Translations under genes and position numbers: made by a program
Part shown: positions 1 to 64,000 of the stretch, one piece after another
How the letters are laid out: each line of letters starts with the position of its first letter
How positions within the stretch are numbered: position 1 is the first letter of the stretch
Assembly: GCA_951406725.2 (NCBI GenBank)
Contig: OX597816.1
Coordinates: 151,156,001 to 151,220,000 of the forward strand
Length of the DNA: 64,000 nucleotides
DNA from: Octopus vulgaris
Taxonomy: Eukaryota
Reading direction: 5' to 3'
The notes under the pieces: generated by a model
Databases searched by the model: none
Told to the model about the DNA's origin: nothing
What the model saw: only the letters and a program-made list of their open reading frames with translations

Positions 1-1
1 A

Positions 2-255
2 GGATTTAGGTTCTGCTTTACTAGCTTTCTTTTAAATTGGTTAACACTATTCATGTTTTTAACATCTGCAATACTTTTATTTAAAGTTGTCTATGCTCCA
101 CTAACTGCTGCATTTTAACTTTCAAATTTCATTCATTGCACAGAAACAGAACAAGGGTCTTTTTGATATCTCATAAATAAAAGTATTGCAGATGTTAAAA
201 ACATGAATAGTGTTAACCAATTTAAAAGAAAGCTAGTAAAGCAGAACCTAAATCC
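2..255. repeat. Perfect 82-bp inverted repeat with 90-bp spacer
   Basis: 2-83 is the exact reverse complement of 174-255. Confidence 0.95.
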
Positions 256-456
256 CAGCTGTGAACTTTTGATTCTTCAACTAGACTTGGCTGTTGTAAT
301 TTCTTGTCCTGGTTTCAGATCATTATAGTTATTTTTGAGTTTTCTATTTTTTCACACTACATCACAGTAAATTTCCTTCTTTTAAATTATTTTATATTTC
401 ACAGATACTCTGTTATGTCTAACATTTTAGTTAATCTAGTCTTATTGGCAATCAAC

Positions 457-795
457 CAGGGTTTTCAACTGGTGTCCCTATGGCCCCTGAAGGTCCATGT
501 AAAATTTTTGTGGGTCCATGCAACAAATTGGGATCCACAAAAGTATTTTAAAGACTCCTGAAAATATTTTGCTTTAGATGTATGTATTGGTATTTATTGC
601 AAGAAACAGCTAGGTATTTTTCTCTAATTTTTTACATAGTTAAACCCACATAAGCGAAAGTGTGAAAAACAAAACAGAAATTTTGAAAGAAGTTTCTATA
701 AAACTAGTTTTTAAATATTGAATGGCTATGGGGGTCCACCAGAATAAAATAGTAATCAAGAGTCCATAGATAAAAAAAATTATTAAGAACACCTG
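457..795. mobile_element. Degenerate non-autonomous DNA transposon (hAT-like MITE)
   Basis: Imperfect TIRs cagggttttcaa ... ttaagaacacctg and internal ggtcca subrepeats; no clear 8-bp TSD. Confidence 0.45.
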
Positions 796-1023
796 AACTA
801 GGGTGTTGCTTAGCTCAAGTTCTCCAAAGTTTTCCATTGAAATCAAATGAACTATCAATGTATTACACATATAACTCAATATATCTCAGGGGGTGGTTCC
901 ACTGAGTGGATAGAAACTTATAACTGATAATTTTCCCCCAGTCAATCTTTTACCACACTATCAAGTGTTTAATCACTCAAAATCGATGATTTCACTAGTC
1001 AAGATCTTGCAAATATTGGTGAG

Positions 1024-1066
1024 ACTATGCTGATGAGGTCTAATAAGGCTAAAACTTGTCCAGGGT
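1024..1066 (+). ncRNA. Degenerate type I hammerhead ribozyme motif
   Basis: actatg CTGATGA GGTC taataa GGCT AAAAC tt GTC cagggt: CUGAUGA core, stem II and GUC cleavage triplet, but GAAA is changed to AAAA. Confidence 0.55.
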
Positions 1067-1624
1067 TTTCACTGTACTTGCTAAAGATACTGAATTTTTA
1101 GTTGAAATTTGGATTCTCTCTTCTGTCTTTCCTAAAAATTGATCATTAAACATTTTTTTGCTTTTTTTTAAGGATGTCACATTAGTTATTTTGTTCACTA
1201 CACTAAATATGTTGGGTCTCCCCCCCCCCAGCCTTGGCTAGTTATTTCTAGTTTATTTTTTTTATGCTCTTTGCATTACTTGCTGATGTCATCTTTTATG
1301 TCATTCTATTTTCTTATGGCTAACTGATGACAATTTTGTACACTTGGTAATATATTTCTGCAAATATAATAGAAACTTACGATTAAAAAGAAAGGTGAAA
1401 ATAATATTGTTTTTCCTTCACTCCTTAATTATATTTAATTAGCTTGTTGATATTCCCTGCATATGTCGACTATAACTTTAACTTTTTACTCCAACTTTTT
1501 ACTCCTACTAGTACTGATTCCAGTAAGCAGGTTGTAGCTTCGCTGAAGCATTTTTTTGCAAGATAAAATTAAGAATTTTATAATTTGTTCAAATTTATTT
1601 ACATTTAAATCTAAATAAAGATTG

Positions 1625-1795
1625 CATCATCATTTAGCATTTATTTTCCATGCTGGCATGGATTGGATGGTATGACAGGAGCTGGCAAGTCTGGGTGCCA
1701 TATCAGGCTCCATTGTCTGTTTTGGCATGGTCTCTACAGCTGGATGCTATTCCTAATACCAACCATTTACAGTGTGTACTGGGTGCTTTTAACAT
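1625..1795 (-). mobile_element. RTE-LINE 3' end fragment
   Basis: Reverse complement of the catccagctgtagaaac...aacccatgccagcatggaaa...(gat)n tail seen at the end of the RTE at 57980-58111. Confidence 0.75.
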
Positions 1796-4262
1796 AGCAT
1801 CAATAGAATTGAGTGAAATTGTTCAGTAACAGTTTCTCAAAATCTTGTCTCTAAAGAACCACTTTGTTCTATAAAATTTCACTATGATAGGGAAGTGAAA
1901 TGTCTTGTACCATAAAATGGTATAACTTGGCACACCATGACATCCCCCTTCTCTCTGCTATCTGGTTCATCTTACCACCCTCCAGAAGGTAATCTTTAAT
2001 TTCTCGTATAACTTTTTTTGTAAATATATCTTATTTAAAAATACAATTATTATAGAGACTATGCCACCGTATTAAAGCAAGTCCCAAATTTTACTTTTTC
2101 GTGTTTAATATTTTAGTGTATGAGAGTGAGTAGTGTGCATTCTTTTAATCATAAAAACTATGCACAATCACTACCTTACTGCGCAATCACAAGAGGGTCA
2201 ACAACCTCTTTTGACTTTCACTATAATCTGCCCTCAATATCACTTGTGTGTCTACTACAGTCAGAAGGAGTATTTAAATGTGTAATAATAAGAAAAAGGA
2301 AGACACTCCTTGATAATCAACAGTATTTTATTGGGTGTGTTCTACATTTCTGATCCAGTCCAAGAAAAGAAAAGAAAAAAATACTAAAATTTGATTAATG
2401 GTATAAACTGATAATTTCCTCCCACTTACCACAACCACCCAGGACAAAATAACTACAAGTGGTTAAACAGTTAAAAGGTTGGACTGTAGATCACAAGGTA
2501 GTGCATTGAAATCTCACCATTGTAATTTAATTGCTTTCCTATTACACAGTGTGCATTATTCTGCTTGTTTTTGAATGTTGATACGAAAAATGGGCACCAC
2601 TTACATTTATGAGTGAAGACTGTAGAATAAGAAAAAGCATTCAGTTAAAGACCAAATATTTACTTATTTACTTCATATGAAAATACCTGTTTTTACTCCT
2701 AATATGGTCTTGTGTGTAACTTATCTGTTCTTTATTGTGTCTACTGTCCTAAGTATTATGAAGGGCCCTGTCAAAAGTAAAGTTCTAGCAGAATATTAAA
2801 AGGATAATGGTAAAAATTGAAATAGATCGGATTAATTTACTTCAGTGTTGGTAGTGGTTTTGTTGTTAACTCCAAGCAAACTGTGATTGAACAGATCTAT
2901 GATCAAAGTGCTCCAGCCACAGCCATTACAAAATAAATGGAGTTCAGTTTTGAATATGGTTTTATTATCAACATCGTTTAAAGAAGACATGATTTTTTTC
3001 AATTAAATAAATTCCATAGCATCTAAAATCTAATTTAATACTTTTTGCTTGATCAATAATTTAATTTTCAGTCTCTTGTTTTTTGTTGATTTCTTTTTTT
3101 TTTGCATGCATGCTCACAAACATTCATTTATCCTCTCTTCCTCCTCATCTCTCTCTCAAGTTTATCTTTTTAAATATTACCTTTAAGACATTTTGAGAAT
3201 GTTGAGAACAAAATTGATTACTACAGTTTGGGTATGGAAATTTTTATAGTACTTTTTAAGATCATTTAAAGTTTTTTTATAGAAAAATTTATAGATTTTA
3301 CATTATAAGAAGTCTAACTAAAATTGCATTCTATCAAAAAATACTTGAATAAAACTAACTATTGATCCCTTTTAGGATTGTTTTTTGTTGAAAATATTGT
3401 TTCATTATTTTGTAGGGGTAAAGATAACTTAAACTTATTGTTCAACTATGTGCATAATAGTTGTAGTAGTATTTTAAACTCTCATTTTACATAGGTACCT
3501 GTTTTATTAATTGCAGAAATTTAGTTGAAAGGCAAAAATTGGTGTCAGTGGACTTGAGTAACACCGAATATATTATATTGTAAAGCATTTACACAAACAG
3601 TGTACTTACTATTTCATTTCTTTTACTGTGATAGTGATTCCACCCAGAATGTGGTGATACCATTACTAGGTTCATGATAAAGCTAGCTTTTTCAATTATT
3701 TCATAAGTCTTTTTAAGTCCAATTAAACCCAGTAAATGAATCAATAGAATACAAAGAACAACTGGGTACTGCTGTTCAGAAAGTACTCATGGGTAATATA
3801 TTAGGTGCTATGAATAAATAGGAAACCTAAGTTTAATCAATTGGCTTATCTTCTGACTCCTCCAGAAATAAGATAATGCTGCCTTTACCAACCTTGGCTG
3901 AAGGGAAAATAAAGTTGAGTCTATGGGGATATGGGCATAGACCAGTGAGACAACAAATTGCAATACAATAAAATAGCACCACTTCCACTGCTCTCGCAAT
4001 TTTGTAATAGCCTGAATTATATAGCTGTTTAGTTTCAAGATAAATAACATTCTGAAACAAAACCATACATAATAAAATTGTATTTTTATACATTCCCTTT
4101 CCAGAAAAAAAAATTGGAAAGGAAGGTTTTGTAAAACTTTGAATGCCAAATATAATGACTATTATAAATATCAAAAAAGATTTTTGACCTAGATTTTTGT
4201 TAGAATAAATTCTCAGTGACTAAACAGTTTTTTTTTCTTTGTTGTCTTTTTTTTTTCATTAT

Positions 4263-4530
4263 CTTTTTCTTTAAAACAATTAGCAATTCTGGTATCATTA
4301 TTATTTTGATAGACAGGAGAGGATGGTTATTGTATGTAATACCTGTCAATCAAATATTAAGTATTCAACCAAAATAATAATAATCTTGAATTTAGTTCTG
4401 AACACAGTATAGCTTTTTCTTTAAAACCACCGGCAATTCTGAAATTAACATTATTATTTCGGTAGTAAAAGCTGTCATTCAAATATTAAGTATTCACCAA
4501 CAACAACAAAAATATTCAATTTAGTTCCTT
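4263..4530. repeat. Diverged ~150-bp tandem duplication
   Basis: ctttttctttaaaac..gcaattctg..ctgtca.tcaaatattaagtattca..aatttagttc occurs at about 4263-4400 and 4413-4530. Confidence 0.75.
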
Positions 4531-6703
4531 CCACAATATAAATAAAAAAAAATCAGTCAAGTTTCATTTATTTCAAAAGTTGTTTTGAAATAGCTCCCCA
4601 TGCCTGCTTATTTATATGCCTTCTACAGATTTAATTCTTTTCATTCTGGCCCAGTCAACTGTGACTTTTCTTTTTCAATATAGCTTTTTATTAAGAACTA
4701 TTTAATCCTGGGTCAACTTTGATCAAGTGGACCTATGATTCAATGCATATCAGCCATGACCACTTCCTCTTTTATCCAACAATAATACACATACTGATAC
4801 ATTATCCAATGCATCCTTCCCAGTTAATCTTCCCAAATCAAAGAGGACGCAATACCTATTGTTGGTTAATATCCTATCCAGAGGAAATTTATCCCTTATT
4901 AACACCATGAAACTAGAGCAAGAAGCAATAGCTCTTAAAAATTCTTTTAGCTCTTACTAGAAATTTTTAAATTCATTTCAATAGGACTTAATTAAAGTAA
5001 GTAGATTAACATGCTATACCTTGGGTACAGTTCTTCTCTCTCTGAAGCTGAGTTTGAACTCATGAATAGAGATCAGAAATATTTTTTTAAGATACTACTA
5101 CTATTTCCTTGGGGCTGTTCTCCAGTTATACAAAATTTATGAATTTAAAACTAATTAGCCCACCCAGAAAATTCTTTTGCAGTTTGTCTTGTTTCCCTAA
5201 AGTTGTGCACTGGAGTATATAATATCACAGAAGAATGATGTTATATACTGGTGCAACCAATTGCATATTTGAAAACTTTGATTATGCAATAATACCACAG
5301 ATAATTGACATGACACATTCCAACTGCATTTCTATTTCATGTTTATTTTTCTGTTATTTGAGCACTTTGTACACAAAACTAAATGTTAATGACATTACCA
5401 CATCAGCTAAACTAGTTGTTAACCATATAATTTGGTTGAGGGTATTCTAGTAATAAGATACTTCATAAGCTCTAATCAACAACACTGCTTTCAATCCAAG
5501 GACAAAAAGAACTTACCCACAAGAAGTGTGGCTATTTGTAGTTAATGCAGACATGTTATTTTATTATGTAAAGCTATATTTGTTGGTAATTATGCCAGTA
5601 TTTAATAAGGTATTGTCTCTACTGAGAATTTTGCTTTACCATTGTACTATTACTGGTTTTCTTTTAACCATTTCTGACCTAAAGTACCAATCATAGCTGA
5701 TAGCAAAAGATTCTAAAACTACTTTTTTTATTCTAAAATAGATTTATTTTACCTTGCTATTCTGAGTAGACTGATGTATCTACAGTGTTGAGAACTGAAT
5801 GGACAACTTGTGATCAGTCACAAATCTAATCAATTATGTGACCTGGTGAAGAACTTGAGATGCAGATATATATGGCTAACTCTTTCTAACAGAAAACTTC
5901 CTCTACGTGTCTGTGTGTGTGCATGCATGCGCATACCAATGCCTTGTAAGTGGATGGAAACTGAAAGAGGCCTGTCGTGTGTATGTTTGTGTCTTGTTAT
6001 GGCATCATGTGGTAGTTGCAGGCAAGCAACATTGTCATTCAAAAAGTCATGTTTCCAGTCTATCACAAAACAGTTGAAGCTTGGTGACAGAAAGAGCATC
6101 TAGTCATAGGAAATCTATCTCGGCGAATTTCATCTTCTCTGTGCAAACAGGGAAAAGTAAATGTTAAAATGGTAATAAGGGAGATGTACGGCCTCAAAAA
6201 AGGGAGGGTACCTTAAAGAAAATACCTCATGTACCAAAAAAAAAAAAGCATAGTTATAGCTGAAAGTCTCCCATCATAGGCCTACTCAATCATAATTCAA
6301 TTAATGAAATTGCTTCCTTTTCTTCTCTGCTTAACTTTCTATGTGTGTGGACATAAATTAAGCACTATGTGCAAACAGCTGCTTGTATATACATGAATTA
6401 GTGCGAACATTATTACATCGCAGTACATTACTAAACAATATTTAAAATGTTTGTACTCATAAATATGTCCTATATAATTGTATAATTAATGTTAAAATTA
6501 AAATTAGAATATTCTTCACAATTATGTGAGCATATTTTTCACTAAAAAATGATCCCATTAGTTTGTCATCACCTTAAATATGGAAAGATCCCAAGACAAT
6601 TGTGTGTGTGAAATAATAATAGGCCTGTTGGAAATCTGTTAAGTGATATAATATAGCTATAAATATGTGGCTGACAGTCTTCTTTTTTTTTTTTGCTCTT
6701 AGC

Positions 6704-6929
6704 TTAATCCCTTAAACTGACCATATCCAGCCCAAATATTGTTTTATGTTGAAACTGGTCAGTTCTGGTCTCTCACACCTACCCTACAACGTCATTCTAA
6801 AAATGTACAATGACATCATCAAAATCTCAAATCTATGAGATAAGCATAATAAATTCAAAACAATAAATGAATGAATGAATAAATAAATAAATAATGCATC
6901 TGACAGTAATTGGATTACTAAAGAGTTAA
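6704..6929 (+). mobile_element. piggyBac-like MITE, degraded copy
   Basis: Similar to 12964-13192 (ccatatccagcccaaatatt, ctctcacacctaccctacaa, ctaaagagttaa). Confidence 0.7.
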
Positions 6930-7809
6930 GCCATACTTCCATTTACCAATATGTGTGTTTTCTATTCAAGTATGAAGTAAATTTCATACGAGATTATATA
7001 TTTTGTTTAAAGCAATGGTCAATAGTAGGTATTTATTTACCAACTCCAATGAGATGCAATGTAAGGTTGTGTCTGACAGGATTTGAACTGGGAATATGGA
7101 AAATATTTAGAACCATTTCTTGACCTGTTGATGCCTACATCTACAGACTCTGCCAAAGCCCCAGTCAATAGAAGGCCAGGTTTTGGCACATAAACTCAAG
7201 TGGCAGCACTCCTCCACTAACTTGCAGTTGATTTTAAACAAAAGGAGAAACAACCCTCATCCTTGGCTGGTACTTTATCAACCCTGGAAGAGTGAAAGGT
7301 AAAGTTGACATGATTTGAACTCAGAATGCAGTGAGCCAGAAGAAACCCTACATGACATTCTATCCAATGTTCTAATGACGTCTCTTTCTTTCCTGCAAGC
7401 CATTTAATCTAGCACGGTACTGATTGTGTGTCGCATAAAGATGATCCAAATGTTTACCAACTGTAACAATCTTCCACTGATTACTGACCTTACGTTCTTC
7501 CTTGGAGTTATAAAAATACATTGACAGATACATTGTTAATCTAAAATGAAATAGATTTTTCTGTGTTGATATGTTGGTCAGTTCTCTAAAGAAAATTAAT
7601 GATTTGTAGATAATGAAGATATAATTCAGTTGCTTACAGATAGCAGGCCATAATTAGCCTTATTGTACACAATGCAACTGTAATTAACTTCTTATTAAGA
7701 TGGTGGTAGGACTCCACCAATTATGTAATGGTATATACCAAAATTAAATCTTGATGGTTATCTCTGCTTTAATACTAATTAGTCTCCTGGTGAAATCAAA
7801 TAATGCTAG

Positions 7810-8215
7810 TTAGGTATAGTGATCAGCTGTGTGCATTTGCTTTAACTTGGTGGTTCTCCAGAATTCAGTATGTATGTGTGAATGTCTTGGTGGGAAGGGT
7901 GAGTAGCAGAGAACAACACCATGTAGCTAGAAGAGAAGCTAGACGACAGGTCTATTTAGCAAGACGGGAAGCAGAAAGAGGTTTGCCTATGTTCTGCAAT
8001 GTGGGGAGAAGAAGCATGAGGTATTCCAGATTGTAAGGCTGTGTATCAAAGAAAATCAAGATGTTGGTGGGGAGATCTGTGTATGAATAAGATAATGTTT
8101 TTTTGCACTTAGTGGTTCTGAAAAGAAAAAGACATGGAATTGCTATTATAAAAGGCTACTAAATGAGGAGAATGAAAGGGAGAAAGAGATTCTTCCTAAT
8201 GTAAACCTAACAGAG
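7810..8215 (+). mobile_element. Decayed RTE-LINE ORF fragment
   Basis: Translates ARREARRQVYLARREAE ... KENQDV ... YYKRLLNEENE with frameshifts, like the RTE region upstream of RT. Confidence 0.55.
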
Positions 8216-8739
8216 AGACCAACCTTTTTAATTGACTGCAGTATGATGAGTGGAGTAATTGAGGATATGAAGACAGGGAATGTCCCTGGTCTAGCACTCT
8301 ACTAACTACAGCACTATTCACACAGGTGCTGTAAATGATATCAGTTATCCTGTTACATCTCCCTATTACTATCACCTTAAACCTTTTCTTCCTCCCTGAC
8401 CCACACCTATTTACTTCACTTCCCACCCCAAACTAACATTAATTACTGACCATGCCTCTACTCGTTTGTCCCATTCATGCAGGCCATCTCTTCCCCCATC
8501 TTTAGCCATCTGGCACTCTCCTTTCACTTTCTCACAAACTTAGTTCCCACTCACCCTTTGCAATCCTCTGTCCCTATTCTCATGTTCAGCTTGTACTTAG
8601 GTATTCTGCCTTCACATCTTTCCTCTCTTTCCTGCTGGAGAAGCTATATATGACCTCTTCAACAAGACACCTGGTGTAAAGCCATATCTGTTTATACCAC
8701 ACCCCCACTCACTTGAGAGGTCATACAAGTTACTTGGTG

Positions 8740-8945
8740 AGGTAAACACACCAGCATTGGTTGTCAAGCGATGTTGGGGTGACATACACAAGCATATATA
8801 TATGACAGGCTTCTTTCAGTTTCCGTCTACCAAATCCACTCAGGGCTATAGTAGAAGACACTTGCCCAAGGTGCCATGCAATGGGGCTGAATCTGGAACC
8901 ATGTGGTTGGTAAGCAAGCTGCTTACTACACAGCCATTCCTGTAC
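8740..8945 (-). mobile_element. CORE-like SINE copy
   Basis: agaagacacttgcccaaggtgcca (reverse complement accttgggcaagt, CORE-like) plus a tRNA-like head; recurs at 16320-16590 and 35790-36105. Confidence 0.7.
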
Positions 8946-9640
8946 CTATGACAAGTCTCTTTTCTCTTTCCATGTCACTGATGCTATCTCAGTACATAGA
9001 TCAAGTTTATACCGCTTACAATCCAAACATATCTAACATAACCAATTAGAGCTTCCAATGGGGCATAGAGGATTTAGAAATATCTATAAAAGGGAAAATC
9101 AATTTTGAGATTACTGAATCAAGAAACAGTCTTGTTTGTAATTTATTTTTTAAATGAGTGGAGGGATTAAGTACAAGACCAATTTTTATAGAGGAATTAC
9201 AAGTGAGTCAATCTCAACTTATTGGCCTGTCCTGAATATATTACTGCAGCATTTTCTGGGGTATCATAGGAATGAGAAATAAAGTCTATAAATTCATAAT
9301 CAACAGAGATTAAACTAAATACTCTGAAGACTTTAATTTAGGATTCTACTATCTTGGCCAACTCTATTGCCCATATATATGGTCCTGGTCTTTTTGTGAT
9401 CTGTACAGGATTTGATTTAGACTGACATTTTACTCAGTTTCATTTTTCTAACTGGTTATCCAGAATTCTCTCATTGCTCATGATTTCTCATCAATTACTC
9501 ACTTGCTTTTGTTGAAGTTAAATGTTAACAGTTGTACTAACCTCACTTAATTACAATGTCCTTTAGGCTTATGTAAAACAATCATCATGATCATTTTAAT
9601 ATCCATTTCCTTGTTCCATATTGGCCAATTCCATTTATCT

Positions 9641-10650
9641 GGATCCTAAGTAACTTCATTTATTTGGTCCAGCTTTCACAAATTTCTTTCTGTCATTTTC
9701 CAAATAACACTTCAATCATTCTCATAAAAACCATTTGTTTTGAAAGCGCATTAATCTTGTTATAATTTATCCTTTATAGCATTGCATCATTAAAAAAAGG
9801 GATTGTATGTTCAAGGACTTGGCATTTCCTCTTGAATAACTTAATCTGGCTAGCTGTAAATTGATACCAAAAGGTATTTTTGTCTTTGATAAAAAAAAGA
9901 GGGGTGCATTGAATAATGTCCTATACAGACTGTGTCTTAAAAATGGAGTGATATGCCTTTGATCATAAGATTGTTCAATCAGGGCTGGTCTGTAGTTGAA
10001 CAAAAATAACATCTATAATGTTTTATTTGCATGCAGTGTGAAATTCATTTGTTCCTAAACACAATTATTACATAAAGCTAAAGCCTGATGTGTTGGGACT
10101 CACTTCTAACACTTATACACATAATTTCTGTGGAAAGAAAGGTAGAATAGTTTAATATTAAATATACCTTGATTCAGTGCATACAAATCAACCTGCTAGA
10201 AATAGCTGTTCAATCCCATCCAACTACAGTCTATCATCTTTAAAAAGGAAGTACACAGCCTGGGATATACTTAAAACGTTGGATGGGTATAGGTAGAACT
10301 GGGGTTTGAATAACAAAAGCTAGCTTAAAATCGATCATGAGGAAAAAGTTCCCTCATGTAATTAACTTGATTCCTTTGGACTTGTTTGATTTAATTTTAT
10401 ATAAATATTGTGTGGTAGAATATAATTTTTTTTGGATCAATCTGGTTGACTGTTATTCAGAAGGTAATGCCATATCCTTGAATATGCAATCCCTTTTTTA
10501 ATGATGCAATACTATATAGGATAAATTATAACAAGATTAATGTGCTTTCAAAACAAATGGTTTTTATGAGAAAGATTGAAGTGTTATTTGGAAAGTAACA
10601 AAAAGAAATCTATGAAAGCTAGACCAAATAAATGAAGTTACTTTGGATCA
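9641..10650. repeat. Long imperfect inverted repeat, ~200-bp arms
   Basis: 9641-9840 is the reverse complement of 10452-10650 with about 20 differences by manual alignment. Confidence 0.92.
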
Positions 10651-11145
10651 CTGAGAAAAACATACCACTTACCATAATAGTAGATGAATTGAAGCAGACA
10701 AATGAATGATAGCAGGTAGAAAGTGTGTGATAAGCTGGCCATCTCAGAATAGTATATGCAGACTTTGATGTCAAGTGTTCATTTGCCACATGCAATAATG
10801 TCACCATGCATTATATAGTACCTTTGTACCACCCAATATAGATTTAACTACTGAGGTTTTGTAACTCCACAATACAATGTAATGCCAGGTGGTAAATGTG
10901 AAGTTAGTACTGCAAATATCAAATGCAAAATGTAAAAAGCAAATCACAAAGTTCAAATATCAGAATACAAAGTTCATTGTACATAATTTGAGAATTCCAG
11001 ATCACTCAGTATCAGAATGCACAACAGGAAATACAAAAAGCAAATAACAATCTTCAAAGATCAGAATGCAGTATTCAAAGCACAGAATATTGCCTGAGCT
11101 TTTACAATATTGCACTTGAGTGCATAACACATGTGCATGTACACA

Positions 11146-11185
11146 TTCTCTCTTTCTTTCTCTTTCTCTCTCTCTCTCTCCCTCC

Positions 11186-11239
<54 letters not shown>

Positions 11240-11246
11240 CTCTCTT
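11146..11246. repeat. (CT)n microsatellite
   Basis: About 100 bp of interrupted CT repeat. Confidence 0.95.
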
Positions 11247-11950
11247 TAATTGTTCCTGAATCATCACAAATCCATTTTTATCATGAGTATTCTTCAGAAC
11301 CATCTTTGTGATAATTTTTTTTTTATTTTGTAAACTTTCTTGCTAACAAGTTTAACGTTTCAGTGACCCACATTTCATTTGATTTAGTTTGAAGTAAGGT
11401 TATGAAGTTTCAGTAAGACAGGTGTCTTTGGCTGGTGAAAATGTTGAAGAGTTGGATGCATATCATCATAATCATTATCAGATTCAAACATCCTTTCCTT
11501 GTTAATAGGCAAGGGATATTTTTTTCTCTCTCTTGCTCTCACTTCTCCAAAAACATTCCTTATAGGCTAGATTATACCAAGAAGTTGCAATTTTAAGAAT
11601 AAATGGCATAGGTTGAGTTGGACAGTTTGACAGGATGCAACATGTCTGAGGACTGCATCATTCTCTAATGTCTGCTTTGGCATGTCAGAAAAGGTAATGT
11701 TCTTTTCTGAATTATTTTCTTCCCACACAAGAATTACAAGTTTCCGTATTCAAATCAATAAAATAACTACGTGGAATAGATATTAAAGTTGATTTAATCA
11801 ACGGTACCACACACACATACACTCTCTAGCAAAATTTGGTCCTGTGTCAAGTCAGAAGAAATCAATATTTCTAGATGGCAGTGCATTGTTAAATTGTAGT
11901 TTATTAAATTATCTCTTGGATTCTAATATTTCTTTTTTTTCTCTTTACAG

Positions 11951-63431
<51,481 letters not shown>

Positions 63432-63993
63432 GTAAGTACTATTGTGGCTGATTTATTACTGTTTAGAACTACTGGGGTTGATGATGAACTAACCCCTTCC
63501 CTTTAAAATTTCAGTCTTTGTGTTTATGTTACAAACTGTTATTAAAGCAGTGGTTAAGATCAGAGGTAGTAATGGTTTATACAGGAGATAAATGCTTGGT
63601 GATTGTCATAGTCCTTAATCTTGACTTATGTTTCATCATCAAAAACTTTTGCTCACAAGTGTTAGTTAAACCAAAGAAAACAAGGTATTTTTAAACAAAA
63701 TCCTTTAGGTTTGGAATTTTTTCTTCACTGAAAGCAACATGAAATTTCATGATCAGAATTAACTTTAAAAAACAAATCAGAATGCTGCATATCACTTTGA
63801 AGATAATTTGTTCAGTTTGAGGCTTGGCTGTAGTTTCATCAGCAACAAACGTGGAGTTGATACCAAACTTAGTTCACTTTGTAACATTTTGGGACAATTC
63901 AGCATGATGATCCATTAACTTGAAATTGTAATTGCTTAACTTTTTCACTATAAAGTTTTAAAATGAATAAATTGCCCCTTTTCCCTTTCTCAG

Positions 63994-64000
63994 GAAAATG
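63994..64000 (+). CDS. Possible start of the next Ras exon (hypervariable region), truncated by window edge
   Basis: Strong pyrimidine tract and acceptor ccccttttccctttctcag|GAAAATG, 562 nt after the last donor; only 7 nt visible. Confidence 0.45.

Noticed and set aside
11061-11311. ORFs with ERERER or SLSLSL runs
   Set aside because: Translations of the (CT)n microsatellite.
1-11950. Search for the first coding exon (MTEYKLVVVG)
   Set aside because: No convincing match by eye. AAG ATG GTG GTA GGA near 7697 lacks the preceding residues and a donor, so the exon is presumably upstream.

Overview
AT-rich, repeat-dense eukaryotic DNA. The SINE, RTE and MITE families look like octopus (coleoid cephalopod) repeats; this species call is an inference from recognising the repeats. 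The window is almost entirely intronic sequence of one + strand gene for a canonical Ras GTPase (HRAS/KRAS/NRAS, Ras85D/let-60 class). By reading splice sites I reconstructed residues A11-Y166 from exons at 11951-11999, 26781-26809, 33597-33681 OR 33738-33822, 54327-54429, 55703-55742 and 63271-63431. I did not find the ATG exon, so it is presumably upstream, and the CAAX exon is at or beyond the 3' edge. The standout observation is a tandem duplication of the exon for E37-S65 (end of switch I, interswitch, DTAGQ/switch II). There are two 85-nt copies in the same phase, separated by 56 nt, each with intact splice sites, and they differ at 10 synonymous codons but only 3 amino acids. One copy carries Y40H in the effector loop. 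This is the architecture of a mutually exclusive exon pair that could switch Ras effector specificity. The introns hold RTE, CR1/L2, R4-like and I-group LINE remnants, hAT, mariner, Tigger-like and piggyBac-like elements, tRNA-derived and CORE-like SINEs, three long inverted repeats and two degenerate hammerhead ribozyme motifs. Most ORFs in the supplied track are spurious.
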